From Octopus bimaculoides (lineage: Eukaryota), in NCBI RefSeq assembly GCF_001194135.2, contig NC_068984.1:96133619-96170433 (forward strand): DNA of 36,815 nt, in the 5' to 3' direction. The notes under the pieces are model-generated. The model was not told the DNA's origin. It made no database searches and saw only the letters and a list, made by a program, of their open reading frames with translations. The stretch's first letter is position 1, and the number at the start of each line of letters is the position of its first letter. The position numbers and the translations under genes were made by a program. Positions 23,470 to 34,714 of the stretch are shown piece by piece.

Positions 23470-24391
23470 TCCTCATTAAGAAATCTAACAAGTAATAGAA
23501 ACAGATATATACTATAAACCCACAAACTCCAAGCAATATCTACCGATCAACTCATGCCAGACACACCAGGATGAATATCCCCTTCAACCTAGCAAAAAAG
23601 ATTTGTACTAATGCAAGCACCATGGATACACGACGACATGAACTAAAGGATACACTCATCACCAAGAACTACCCACCTTTACTAATTGACATATGCTTCC
23701 AACGTGCCCTACAACTCAACATCCACGAACTCAGACCTCCCAAATTAAAGAAGGATTTACAGCCAAAAGCCCTACTATACATCTCCACACACAATCCTCT
23801 TAACAAAGAAGCCTTCGACACCATCCTTCAAAACATTCTCCTGCTAAAAATGGACCAAACACACACCATCATAAAAAGCAAAAGACAGCCCAGATCTATG
23901 ATAAGTCTCCTAACACAAGCCCGAATACGCTCAACAATGACACTGAAGCCGTCAGTAAAAAAATATGGAAGACCCAGCTGTGGGATATGCGTCAATTATA
24001 TTGAGGGATCAGAGTTCTCCTTTAAACAGGGATAACGTTTCACAGTGAAAAGCAGCTTCACATGTGCTTCGGAGAACCTGATATACGCACTAACCTGCTT
24101 TGAGTGTCAAGAGCAATACATAGGCCAAACAAAAACAGTCTACGTCAAAGGATGGCTCTGCACAGATCCCAGATCAAAATTCCGAAAAACAGAAAAATAG
24201 CATTCAGCCAACACATCGACATTTGCGCCAATAACAAAAATCCAAGCTTCAGAATTTTCCCCCTCTATCAGTTTAGGGACGATACAACCTGTAGCCAACG
24301 AATTAGTAAAGAATCGTTCTTTATCACAAAATACAAACCCCTTTTGAACGCATCTACAACAAATGACATATCCACCACGACCTTAAAATAA
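23470..24391 (+). pseudogene. 5'-truncated Penelope-like element: RT thumb, linker and GIY-YIG endonuclease
   Basis: IETDIYYKPTNSKQYL..NIPFNLAKKICT..KNYPPLLID..CGRP-like YGRPSCGIC..FTVKSSFTCASENLIYALTCFECQEQYIGQT..SLRQRMALHRSQI..FSQHIDICA..RISKESFFITKYKPLLN. One internal stop (24033-35) and a frameshift near 24130. Confidence 0.92.
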
Positions 24392-24735
24392 CACACACGC
24401 AAATATTAAGAATGATACATTCAAAAGAGATACCGAAGAATTAATTAAAAACAGTCCCAATCACTACTATAATCCACAACGAGCCACTTTTATGTCACTT
24501 GACCATTTAACATCCTATTACTATCATACCACTCCCGCATTCTTTTATTATTCTTTCTTTTCTTCTCCTTCTCCTTATTCTTCCTCTCCGCCACCTCTTT
24601 CCTTACTTTACTACTACTGCTGCTTAGAATAACACCCACGCAAATATTAAAAACGATACATTCAAAAGAGATACCTCAAGAATTCAATCACTACTACCAT
24701 CCACAAGTCACTTTTAAAGTACTTGACCATTTAAT
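24390..24735 (+). repeat. Imperfect direct repeat immediately downstream of the PLE ORF
   Basis: 24390-24514 and 24631-24735 share ACAC(A/C)CACGCAAATATTAA..GATACATTCAAAAGAGATACC..CAATCACTACT..ATCCACAA..CACTTTTA..CTTGACCATTTAA. Each is followed by a pyrimidine-rich (CTT)-type tract. Confidence 0.85.
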
Positions 24736-24977
24736 ATTTTTCTTCTTCTTCTTCTTCTTCTTCTTCTTCTTTTTCTTCTTCTTCTTCTTCTTCTTCTTCT
24801 TCTTCTTCTTCTTCTTCTTCTTCTCTGCCAAGAATTCACAACGACCTCGAACCCACAGGAGTAAAAAAGAGAGATAGAAATAGGCAGGAACAAGGAAAAT
24901 GACCCTTGTATTTCAATACTATGCAGATATTCTTTCAAATAACTTTTCATTTAATTTTCCAAAATTTAATTGTTTTC

Positions 24978-25028
24978 CATACTTAGAGTTGAAAAAGTCT
25001 CAATGACTGAAACCGGTACTAAAATGTT
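24978..25028 (+). ncRNA. Candidate minimal hammerhead with U3-A8 variant core (family H2)
   Basis: AG-UUGAAAA(24989-95)-AGUC-UCAAU-GACU-GAAA(25009-12)-CC-GG-U-A-CU. Perfect 4-bp stem II, palindromic stem III ACCGGU, GUA triplet. Contiguous stem I is only 2 bp (AG/CU); an alternative register UUAG/CUAA exists. Confidence 0.55.
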
Positions 25029-25420
25029 TTTTATGATAAAATTATTTTAGCATTTTCTACTTTGACTTATTTTTCTTAAATATAAAACACACGTTTTATA
25101 TTTCTTTCTATATTTTCAGTCAAAGCCTCTACGTCCTCCGTGATAACGTGTACATCAGACGTAAAAGAAAGCCCTGCTGCTGTTAGATGTCAAATTGAGT
25201 GTATGAGTGACAAATAAATCTACACGTTACATAAACTGGGCCACGATCACACCTACTTCATTGTCATGACACACATATTACACATATACATACATACACA
25301 AACATATATAAATTGATAGATTATAATGCAAACATCATTATACATGCATATGTAAGTGTATATATATATATATATATATATATTTCGTTTTGGGATTTGG
25401 TTTGCAAGATTCTTTATGTG

Positions 25421-25666
25421 TGTCTGGGGAAAGTCATTTTCTTTTTGTGCCTTATAATTTAACACTCACCGATAAAATTTCCACTTATTCTTTATTTTTG
25501 TTTTCCTAAAATTTTCGCTGCGTCTTGCAACCTTTTCAAGAGTCAAGACTATTGAAAGGGTTGTAAGACGCAACGAAAATTTGAGGAAAATAAGAAATAA
25601 ATGGAAATTTTACCGGTGAGTGTGTTAAATTATAAGGCACAAAAAGAAAATGACTCTCCCCAGACA
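25421..25666. repeat. ~120-bp-arm palindrome with two divergent hammerhead-like cores (family H3)
   Basis: TGTCTGGGGAAAGTCATTTTC...CTTTTCAA(G)AGTC-AA-GACT(A)TTGAAAGGG...GAAAATGACTCTCCCCAGACA. Minus core UUGAAAA-G-GUUGC-AAGAC-GCAGC-GAAAAUUUUAGG (25539 downwards). Plus core UUGAAAG-G-GUUGU-AAGAC-GCAAC-GAAAAUUUGAGG (from 25552). Confidence 0.85.
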
Positions 25667-25974
25667 AAACAGTATATATACATATATATATGCATATAAA
25701 AATATATGCAGATATGCATGCATACATACATACATACATACATACATACATACATACATACATACATTCATATATATAGCAACTCATGCATAATGCAATG
25801 AAATCAATGAAATTATTTTATCCCAGACAGAAAAGTCAATAAAGGTTTTTTTCATTATGAATTTTGGCTTCCGCTTTCTTCACTTAGAAACACATATGTG
25901 CACACACATACACAAATGTGTTTCTTGTTATTGTTATCATCATCATCATCATCATCATTGTAATTATCATTATT

Positions 25975-26160
25975 CTAAGCTGGTAGAATCGTTAGACCAT
26001 ATTCTGAGCGGCATTTTTTTCCGACTCATTATGTTATGTGTTCAAATTTTTCCAGATCCAGCATTGCCTTTCATCACTCTGGAGTCCTTAAAATAAAGTA
26101 TTAATCAAGTACAAGGGTCGGTCTTATCGACAAATCTTTTCTACCTAAAATTGCTGGCCA
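25975..26160 (+). mobile_element. Decayed tRNA-derived SINE family S1
   Basis: AGCTGGTAGAATCGTTAG..TGTTCAAATTT..TTGCCTTTCATC..GGGTCGGTCTTATCGAC, homologous to 1682-1875. Confidence 0.7.
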
Positions 26161-26186
26161 GCATATGGAAACAGATATTATTATTA

Positions 26187-26224
<38 letters not shown>

Positions 26225-26257
26225 GTTGTTGTTGTTGTTGTTGTTGTTATTATTATT

Positions 26258-26808
26258 GAGTGAGAGGGCAGCGCATGCCATCAAAGTAACACTGGGATAC
26301 AAATATATGAAGCCCAAGATAGCCATTATGACTACCTGTCTGATAAGTGTACACCAGGTGCATGCATCACAACCATATGTACGCAACATGGTGATCCGAT
26401 ATCAAGATAAACAGCGCATGACCTTGCAGATGGGGCCCAGTAAGAATTTTCTTCAGGTCGAGTAGCCCATCCTGCTCAAAAGGTCTCTGTTTTAAAGATG
26501 ATGAACAAAATGCCCATGTCTCCAGGGGTGAATTATTAAAACCTCAAAGAATTCCTCCCAACGCATGACTAATGATGCTTCCCCACTACTGCTCGTGATC
26601 AGAGATGCACATATCGTTAGCACATATCGTTAGCCACTAAGGGACATGCTTAACTGGTGAAGGTCAAACAACTGACAAACAAATCTGTGGTATTGAGCAG
26701 AATATTTGTTGTATATTTTATACCAAGGCAAAACAATGTACATGATAATGCTTCGAATCAGTTAAGATGAGAAGCCATGAGGGCCTCTGCCTGGTACTGC
26801 ATCAGAGT
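26258..26808 (-). mobile_element. Repeat 'X', apparently full-length (~550 bp), flanked by (TAA)n on both sides
   Basis: Minus strand starts after TAATAATAAAA with TACTCTGATGCAGTACCAGGCAG, ends ..GGCATGCGCTGCCCTCTCACTC and continues into (AAT/AAC)n at 26177-26257. Confidence 0.85.
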
Positions 26809-26820
26809 ATTTTATTATTA

Positions 26821-27884
26821 CTTTCTCTTTATCATAGATTTTGTTGGAGTACCTGGAGTCTTGCATGCGTAGCGGGCTTACCACCTGCAGCTGACGGTAC
26901 CATGCTATTCATTCTTTTCAGCTGTCTAATACTTCTCTGATTATTCTAGCCGTGCCAAGGAGGCAAATCTTTTGTAACAGTTCTACTGGACATTCTATTC
27001 CATTTTTTTCTATATTCCTCTTGATGCATTTTGATACTGTTCTCAAGGACCCAGTAAAAATTGGCACTATCTTCACCTTCTTCATTTTCCATAGCCGGGC
27101 TATTTCGTACTTATGAGGGTTGTATCTATCTATATTTTCGCCTTCCTTCTTGACTATTCGTGGGTCAAAGGGGCATGCAACATCAACTGTATAGCATATG
27201 TGATGCACTACTAGGTCCGGTCTGTTATGCTCTAGCATCTGATCTGTTTGGATTGGGAAATCCCTGAGGATTTTGCTAGTCTGCGACTTCGTCACTCTCA
27301 GCGGTTTGTGCTCATACCACGTCTTGTCTCTTTCTAGCCCCCACTTTTCGGAGTTTCCAATGTAGCACATTCGCTACCTGGTCGTGTCGCCACAACTTGT
27401 AGTGGCTTGGGGCATGTCTAGGATATTCGTGATACGGGCAATAGTTTCATCCACTCTATTGCAGATGCGGCACAACGGAGACACTTGCTCATTCCTAAGA
27501 TTGACTCTCCAGTTCCTAGCCAAAGCTTGGTCTTGCGCTGCCAGTATAGTGCTCTCGGTCTCTTGTTTAGGGGTCCTTTCATTACCCATCCCACGAATTT
27601 TTTCCAGCAACTTCTTGCGTAATTCTTCTTCATGCTCATTAAGTTCTCGAGTTCGATACGCACGCAATCTTCCACACTTATCAGTCCTCTTCCCTCATTT
27701 GCTCTCTTCATGTATAGGCGATCAGTTTCTGCAAATGGATGATAGGATCTATGTATCCTTAGCAGAGTTCTTGACTCCTTGTCCATCTCCAGTAGCTCCT
27801 CCTCTGTCCACTTCAGGATTCCAGTGCAATACCAAACTACTGCGACTGCGCGCGAGCTTTTTGTCGAAATTATGTTTCTGGCAC
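26821..27884 (-). mobile_element. 5'-truncated R4/Dong-clade LINE (family B): RT C-terminus, CCHC zinc knuckle, REL endonuclease, 3' UTR
   Basis: TGILKWTEEELLEMDKESR..DRLYMKRANEGRGLISVED..ETESTILAAQDQAL..PLCRICNRVDETIARI..KILRDFPIQTD..HNRPDLVV..VDVACPFD..LWKMKKVKIVPI..QKICLLGTARIIREVLDS*. (TAA)n on both sides. Confidence 0.95.
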
Positions 27885-27908
27885 TATTATTATATTATTA
27901 TTATTATT

Positions 27909-27963
27909 GAGTGAGAGAGCAGCGCATGCCATCAAAGTGACACTGGGGTACAAATGCACGAAT
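27909..27963 (-). mobile_element. 3'-terminal fragment of repeat X
   Basis: GAGTGAGAGAGCAGCGCATGCCATCAAAGTGACACTGGGGTAC matches 26258-26305. TAA tail at 27885-27908. Confidence 0.8.
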
Positions 27964-28025
27964 ACAGTTCTATATTTAAGAGATGAGAAATTATGCACAT
28001 TATTTACATTCGACGGATATTTGTC
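27964..28025 (-). mobile_element. End fragment of the same PLE-terminal-repeat-like family as 2001-2182
   Basis: Reverse complement GACAAATATCCGTCGAATGTAAATAATGTGCATAATTTCTCATCTCTTAAATATAG matches ~2131-2185. Confidence 0.75.
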
Positions 28026-28080
28026 AATTCGACAGATATTATTGCCTTTGCACAGCTTCTAACGCTGGAGATGTACTATT

Positions 28081-28158
<78 letters not shown>

Positions 28159-28186
28159 GTTGTTGCTGTTGTTGTTGTTGTTATTA

Positions 28187-28451
28187 AGTGAGAGAGCAGT
28201 ACATGTCATCAAAGTGTCACTGAAGTACGAAGTTCAATATGCCTATCATGATTACCCGTCTGATAAGGGTACACCAGGTACATGCATCACAGTCATATGT
28301 GCATGACATGGTGTCTCATAGCAAGATAAACAGCGCATGACTTTGCAGGTGGGGCCCAGTTAGAATTTTCTTCAGATCGAGTAACCCATTCTTCTCAAAA
28401 GGTATCTGCATAAGGGTTGTTTAGGGATACTGAACGAATCACCCATGTTTC
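28187..28451 (-). mobile_element. 3' half of repeat X with (TAA/CAA/TGA)n tail
   Basis: Collinear with 26258-26520 (TGATAAG.GTACACCAGGT.CATGCATCAC..GATAAACAGCGCATGAC.TTGCAG.TGGGGCCCAGT). Confidence 0.85.
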
Positions 28452-28618
28452 TTCCAGCCTCGTAGGTACAAGTTTAGATGCCGTGACAATTGTCATATTT
28501 TTGTTTCACAATTACTTCATCTGAATAGTCACTAAAGAAATTGAGGAATTGATATTTTTCAATTTTCTGAGTTTCTTTGGTATCCAGGCTACTAGCATAT
28601 GGTATTGTAGAGTCGTTG

Positions 28619-28670
<52 letters not shown>

Positions 28671-29272
28671 GCAGAGCATGTATTTTTTCTTATTCACTTG
28701 CAAAAACGTGATATTTCAATAGCTTCAGTATCATGTGTATAAAGCAAACGTATACATTAAAAGCTGTTTTTTTTCTGAAGTTTTAGCGTCGATGAATAAA
28801 TACATTCTATGACTTAAAAGATTATCTTTCAGTATAACGCAATTTTTTCATGTAGGAATTAAAATATTTTAGCCTGTTATTAGTCGGCAATTTCTCAATA
28901 AAATGAGAAAGAAGCGTCGGCTGATGTGCACGAATTCCATTCTTTTGATTTAAATTGCAAAATGTTTAAAAATAATGACGTACTTCTTCGAGAAACAGAG
29001 AATGCATGTTGTATAGCGTTTTGAAGGGCCAATCACGTTATAATTATCAATATTATTATCGTTTAATCTCCAGATATACTTGGAGAGTAATGCTGAGAGG
29101 CGTCTTTCTGAATGTCTGAATGCAAGCATATGTTGATTTTCATTAAGCTCTATATCGCTTTTGTTTGGCAGTCATCTATAAGAGCAATGTTAATTCGATA
29201 TTCTAATGCTTTAGAGAGATACATACCACTCAGAGGATAACTTATTGTGATTACATAGAAAAAGTTTGCGCG

Positions 29273-29320
29273 TTAGGGTTAGGGTTAAGGCTAGGGTTAG
29301 GGTTAGGGTTAGGGTTAGGC
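29273..29320 (+). repeat. Interstitial (TTAGGG)8 telomere-type repeat
   Basis: ttaggg ttaggg ttaagg ctaggg ttaggg ttaggg ttaggg ttaggc. Confidence 0.9.
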
Positions 29321-30299
29321 TTTTTCTGTTTAGACTGATTATGGAAGCGTAGATCACGCTTCTTTATTAAAGATCTTTTACTATCTAATTGTATACGAAA
29401 ATACTTATTTATAAAGTTTATAGAAATCTTAGCCATATCAGAACGAGCACTCAAAAGTCTTCATACACACACACACACACACACACACAGTGACATGCAC
29501 ACACATACACTTTCTCATATTCTGTACAAAAGAAATTACTTTCACCTCATTTGCCTCAGCTTGAGAACCTTAAAAAAAGAATTAGTAGCTGTTATTACCA
29601 AAAATATGGCGAAAAGGAATCCGAAGACACATCCTTCAATTAGTATGACAATGTTACAGATAATGCTATAAATCACTGGTGTATTTTCATTCACCGTATT
29701 GTTTTTAGGTAATATGCTGTTAATAAACGAAACGACTAGAGCAATGATTAATAACTGAGATTTGACTACAACTAATTAAAATTTAGAAACAACTAGTAAT
29801 CAAAATTTGTCTTAAATTTGTAATATCAAAATGGCCGCTTTGAGCAGAATATAACTAGACAAGTCGTACCCAATAATCTTTAGTTTCTTATGGAGATTTA
29901 ATGGTCGAATAGATAAATCATACAACTAGAGCGTTCAAATGACCTGATTGGGGTTTTATTGTATCTAGTTAAGTGACTGTTAAGTGATCAAGATGGCTAT
30001 ATTATAAAAAGGAATCCTCGAGGAATTAAGTGCCATATCTCTGGACATCGGTTTGTAAGAGGACGAACGAAGTTTAGGATAAAAATTTCTGGGTCAAAGC
30101 TTTCGTGGGATTCTGTCCTTAATTGACTCACGGATAGAAAGCAAATTTCAAATATTTTACTTCTCGTTCAACACACTGTCACTGGGCTCTTATGTTGCAA
30201 ATCCGATCGGCTGTGGTCCCTGTCAGCTTTCGCATGTGTATGGTGTTTCTAATACTGAAAAGAAGAATCTTGTTTAGGATATCAAATAGCATAGATTAA

Positions 30300-30401
30300 T
30301 CTTCAGACGATTATATCAAACGCCTGGATTCGACTGGCATTAATTTTATCGACCCCAGAAAAATGAAAGGGAAAGCAAATATCAGCTGAATTTGAACACA
30401 G
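30300..30401 (-). mobile_element. Fragment of SINE family S1
   Basis: TTTTATCGACCCCAGAAAAATGAAAGGGAAAGC..GAATTTGAACACAG is homologous to 1750-1805. Confidence 0.6.
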
Positions 30402-30560
30402 TATTAGGGACTGTAACTAAATATCTCGAGTTATTTTACCAATGTTTTAGTGATGTTGACAATCCACCACCATATTGTCATATACATATATTGTTTGGCT
30501 GTGTCAAACTCATATCTGATTGTATTGTTCACTCCATAAAAGAACTATGTTGCAGAAAAT

Positions 30561-30628
<68 letters not shown>

Positions 30629-30950
30629 ACAGAGTGACAGAGAGAGAAAGAGAGAGATGTAGGGACTCTCTTATAACCAACTCCCTGTGATAAGCTCCGA
30701 AAAGTTTGGTGTCGGCTGATTCCAGCAAAATGAAAAGTACACACATCATAAACACTGTCATGCCACTTGTTGCTATTATGTGACGTAGTCTCTCTCACCA
30801 GGTGGAGAGTTTCTATATCTTCTTATTGAGTCCAACTTTCACGGTAGTTGAATAACACACCAACTATAACAGAAAAAACCCCATAAAAAACAAAACAAAA
30901 GTAAAATAGTCACTACAAGGACAATAGAATTTATAAATATAGCTTAATTC

Positions 30951-31225
30951 GGTTTACGATCGGGTCGTGAGTTCGATTCCCGGCAGCGTGCTGTGTCCTT
31001 GAGCAAAATACTTTATTTTTCGTTCCAATCCACTCAGCTGGCAGAAATTAGTTGTAACTCTAATTCAAAGGGCCAACCTTATCATATTTTGTGCAATGCT
31101 GAATCTCCCTGAAAACTACATCAGGGGTACATCTGCGTGTTGAGGGCTCAGCCATCAACATGTTAATTTCATGAGCAGGCTGTTCTGTTGATTGAAGTAA
31201 CTGCAACGCTCGTCGTCGTAACCGA
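30951..31225 (+). mobile_element. tRNA-derived SINE, third family (5' head truncated)
   Basis: B box GAGTTCGATTCCCGG, then GTGTCCTTGAGCAAAATACTT..CCACTCAGCTG, a central segment typical of tRNA-SINE bodies. Confidence 0.65.
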
Positions 31226-31385
31226 ACCGACGGAGAGCCAAGCCAATAATAGCTATTGTCACTAATTAGCAACTATCGCCAGCACTACCAACTAGACCAC
31301 CACCACTACTAATGCAGCTACAACAATGCTTTCATTTCTTGTCAATACGTGCAGTTGATCAGATGTAAAGCTATACATACATACA

Positions 31386-31458
<73 letters not shown>

Positions 31459-31713
31459 GTCGCTTTAGATGTGACCATGTGGAACTACTTACGACTTGAT
31501 AAGCACAGTGGTAAATGAAAACAGATAATTTATTTAAACTGTTGTTGTTACTGTTGCTGTTGATACTGTGGCTGTTGTTGTCACTGTAGCTTGTGCTGCT
31601 GCGATTGTTGTTGAAGGTGAATTTGTTTCGTTACTTTTGAACATTTCGGCGAAAGATAGACGTTTAAAACACCCAAAATTACATATATACATAAATACGC
31701 ATATGACGGTCTG

Positions 31714-31744
<31 letters not shown>

Positions 31745-31824
31745 TNNNNNNNNNNNNNNNNNNNNNNNNNNNNNNNNNNNNNNNNNNNNNNNNNNNNNNN
31801 NNNNNNNNNNNNTATATTCAACAT

Positions 31825-32060
31825 ATGTGGGAAATTCTGTCTGTGGGTGTATTTATGGAGTTGTTAGATAACTCCTCCCACATCGTTTTATCGATTTTGA
31901 TGAAACTTGACACGTGAGTAGAACTCATGTCTGGAAACATCATGGCATACTCAGATTCTTGAAAACATTGAAAGGATCATTATATATATCGCATATATTT
32001 CATTTTAACAGCCAAGGGAAATAACCCATTCATTTCCCTAAATCATTTAGTACAAATTAA
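31825..32060 (+). mobile_element. Possible Helitron/Helentron-associated non-autonomous repeat
   Basis: TCTGTCTGT..ATAACTCCTCCCAC..TTTTATCGATTTTGATGAAACTTGACAC..CAGCCAAGGGAAATAAC resembles remembered DINE/HINE-type cores. No termini defined. Confidence 0.35.
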
Positions 32061-32949
32061 ATGCAGTATGCTGATTTCTTAGTATTTGAACTGTTAGACT
32101 TACTTTCGCAATCTATCCAGTATAACGCCTAAACAAATAAATTGTATTTTCCTAAACAATAGATCCGCTTATTTCGGTTAGTGACTTATTCACGAATATA
32201 CCAACACTAGCGCCGCTGAGGGTAATATTCTCTGGGAACGCACAAAAGCATTTTTCAGAGTAATTTACTTTGAATTGTTATTATCTCATATCTGATTAGC
32301 CTGTTATTACGTAACACGCTTCACGATTTTAGTATTCCTATCTTATTAGTATTTCCTCCTACGTTCTATATACTCTCAGAACTCATTAAGGCCCTTTTCG
32401 GGGCTACTTTATTTGAATTCTTACTATCGGGTAACTAATTTCATGTTATTACATAACTGACTTCACAATTTGGGTATTCATAACTTATTGGGAATGACTA
32501 AAAACAAGATCCTGTGTAAGGCAGTTTGGCATTCTCTGTGAATGTACAAAAACCGTTTTAAGTGCTACATACTTTGTATTGTTGTTATTGGGTTAGCGAA
32601 ACAATTATGAGAACAGAACCAAAGGAGAAGCCCCGCAAAAAGGTTGTGCATAGATATGTGTTCTGGAAACTTGATGATGATAATGATAATAATTAACATC
32701 AAGGTTAGCTTCTCTTGGACTCGGGACATCACGTCACATCTCGAAGATTTCACTCTTGCATCCCAAGAGTGCTCATAGCTACGAAAATTTCATCATTCAA
32801 CTGAATAGCGACGCCCTTTAACTCCAAAGATGCAACTACATATGTCGATTATATATGTGGAGGACATAAATCATGCAATCAGCAGCCGCCCAAAAGCGTC
32901 ACTGAGGTACAACCTCCTACTGCGATATGATTTTAACGCTAGAATATTA

Positions 32950-33538
32950 TACAAAGTCATTCGGGACTATAAAAATCTTCTTAAGATTTAAGAGATGATG
33001 AAAAGCAGCTCCTTGAGAAGAACTCCTTATGTGATGACTTTGAATACATGCTCAAAGAAGTCATGCAACTCTACTGCAAATGAAAGGATGAGCGTATACC
33101 AGCAGAAGGCAATGCATGGATATTTTAACAGAAATCTACGGGATGATAGTAAGGTTCATAAACAAAGAAGTCTATCATGGGCCAACAACACATATCAATA
33201 TTGGTAGGGCTTTCCCACCAAGACTTCTACACATTGAAAAAGGCATTATATAGTTATTACGGACTGTCATAATGGTTAACTGCACTACAGATGTGAATAT
33301 TTCTTCCAAAATGTATGGACTGATGTTTGGAAACCTGCATCACTTCTACACTGATTATAAATTCACATTTATATGAATGATTATTGGTGCATTTGGATAT
33401 GATTAGTGAATGTGTAAATGACAACCTGGAAAAGTTATGATTGCTGGACAAGGAAAGAGACTAACACGCACTTTATAGATACACTCTGTAAGTGCAACAG
33501 TAAAATTAAGCAAGGCTTTTCTCAATTTCAACATGTAA
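32950..33538 (+). mobile_element. Decayed, internally deleted R4-clade LINE 3' fragment (different subfamily)
   Basis: RMSVYQQKAMHGYFNRNL..KQRSLSW (post-RT LHG motif), then IIGA(F)G..MISECVNDNLEKL and SATVKLSKAFLNF. Confidence 0.55.
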
Positions 33539-33632
33539 CATCATTGCGATTATTTGAATTCCAGTGCTGAGGATTTTATTTCTTTGTTAGAAACCAGTCC
33601 CTCTTTTTAGGAAGAATACAATAAGGAGATAC

Positions 33633-33663
<31 letters not shown>

Positions 33664-33945
33664 TGTATGTATGTATGTATGTATGTATGTATGTATGCAT
33701 GTACGCACACACATACACACACATATATAGATACATATATATAAGTATGTATATATATANNNNNNNNNNNNNNNNNNNNNNNNNNNNNNNNNNNNNNNNN
33801 NNNNNNNNNNNNNNNNNNNNNNNNNNNNNNNNNNNNNNNNNNNNNNNNNNNNNNNNNNNNNNNNNNNNNNNNNNNNNNNNNNNNNNNNNNNNNNNNNNNN
33901 NNNNNNNNNNNNNNNNNNNNNNNNNNNNNNNNNNNNNNNNNNNNN

Positions 33946-33976
<31 letters not shown>

Positions 33977-34714
33977 CACAACACAAACGCCATTATCACT
34001 TCTACCTATCACCATCATCATTATTCCTGCTGTAGTTACTCTCATCATTGTTACTGTATCATGCAGTCTAATGCTGCAGTTGTTCTAGTATGTTTTGTTC
34101 TATTAAATGGTTGCTTAGTAAAATATAAAAACTTCAAATACTTTGAGTGTTTGGATCATAAATTTCCTTTTGATTCGTTAATTCCTTGAAAATAAACTCC
34201 TAGCACAATCTTCTTAGAAACTAAATAAACGCTACAAAATATAAGACAGCACAACAGTGGCAGCAACATTAACAGTAAAACCAACAGCAATAAAACAAAC
34301 AAACAACAACAATAACAATAACAACAACAACAACATCAACAACAACAGCAGCAGCAGCAACCGCATCAGCGGAAAAAGCAACAATAAGAAGAAACGAGGA
34401 CAGTAGCAACAGCTATAGTAGTAGCAACAGCAACAACAACGAAACTTGAAAGAAAGCAATGCGAGAAAAGAGAAACAAATATAAAAACATAAAAATGCTT
34501 TAGAGAAATGAATAAAAACGTAGCACATGAAAGCAACATAAAGCAGCCAAAGTGAAAAGACTTAATGAAAGTCCGGTCTTTAGAGAGTTTGTCTTCGTTT
34601 TTCTGTAACAAAGGAACATCACTAAAAAGAGCTGAAAATTCGTTGGCGGACTCGTTAACGTTGTCGAAGAAGATGCTATGCTTTCAGGTATTTATTCCGG
34701 CTATCATGTATCGC

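Noticed and set aside
26607-26636. Small tandem duplications (GCACATATCGTTA x2 here; also ~10510-10535)
   Set aside because: Ordinary slippage mutations within old repeat copies.
26580-26803. Resemblance of repeat X to U1 snRNA (TACCAGGCAG vs TACCTGGCAG; GTAGTGGGG)
   Set aside because: Only two short matches, with spacing (~210 nt) inconsistent with U1 (~135 nt) and no stem-loop correspondence visible. Not supportable without an Rfam search.
29827-29838. YY1-like motif CAAAATGGCCGC
   Set aside because: Single short motif with no promoter context; a similar one occurs inside the mariner CDS, so chance occurrence is likely.
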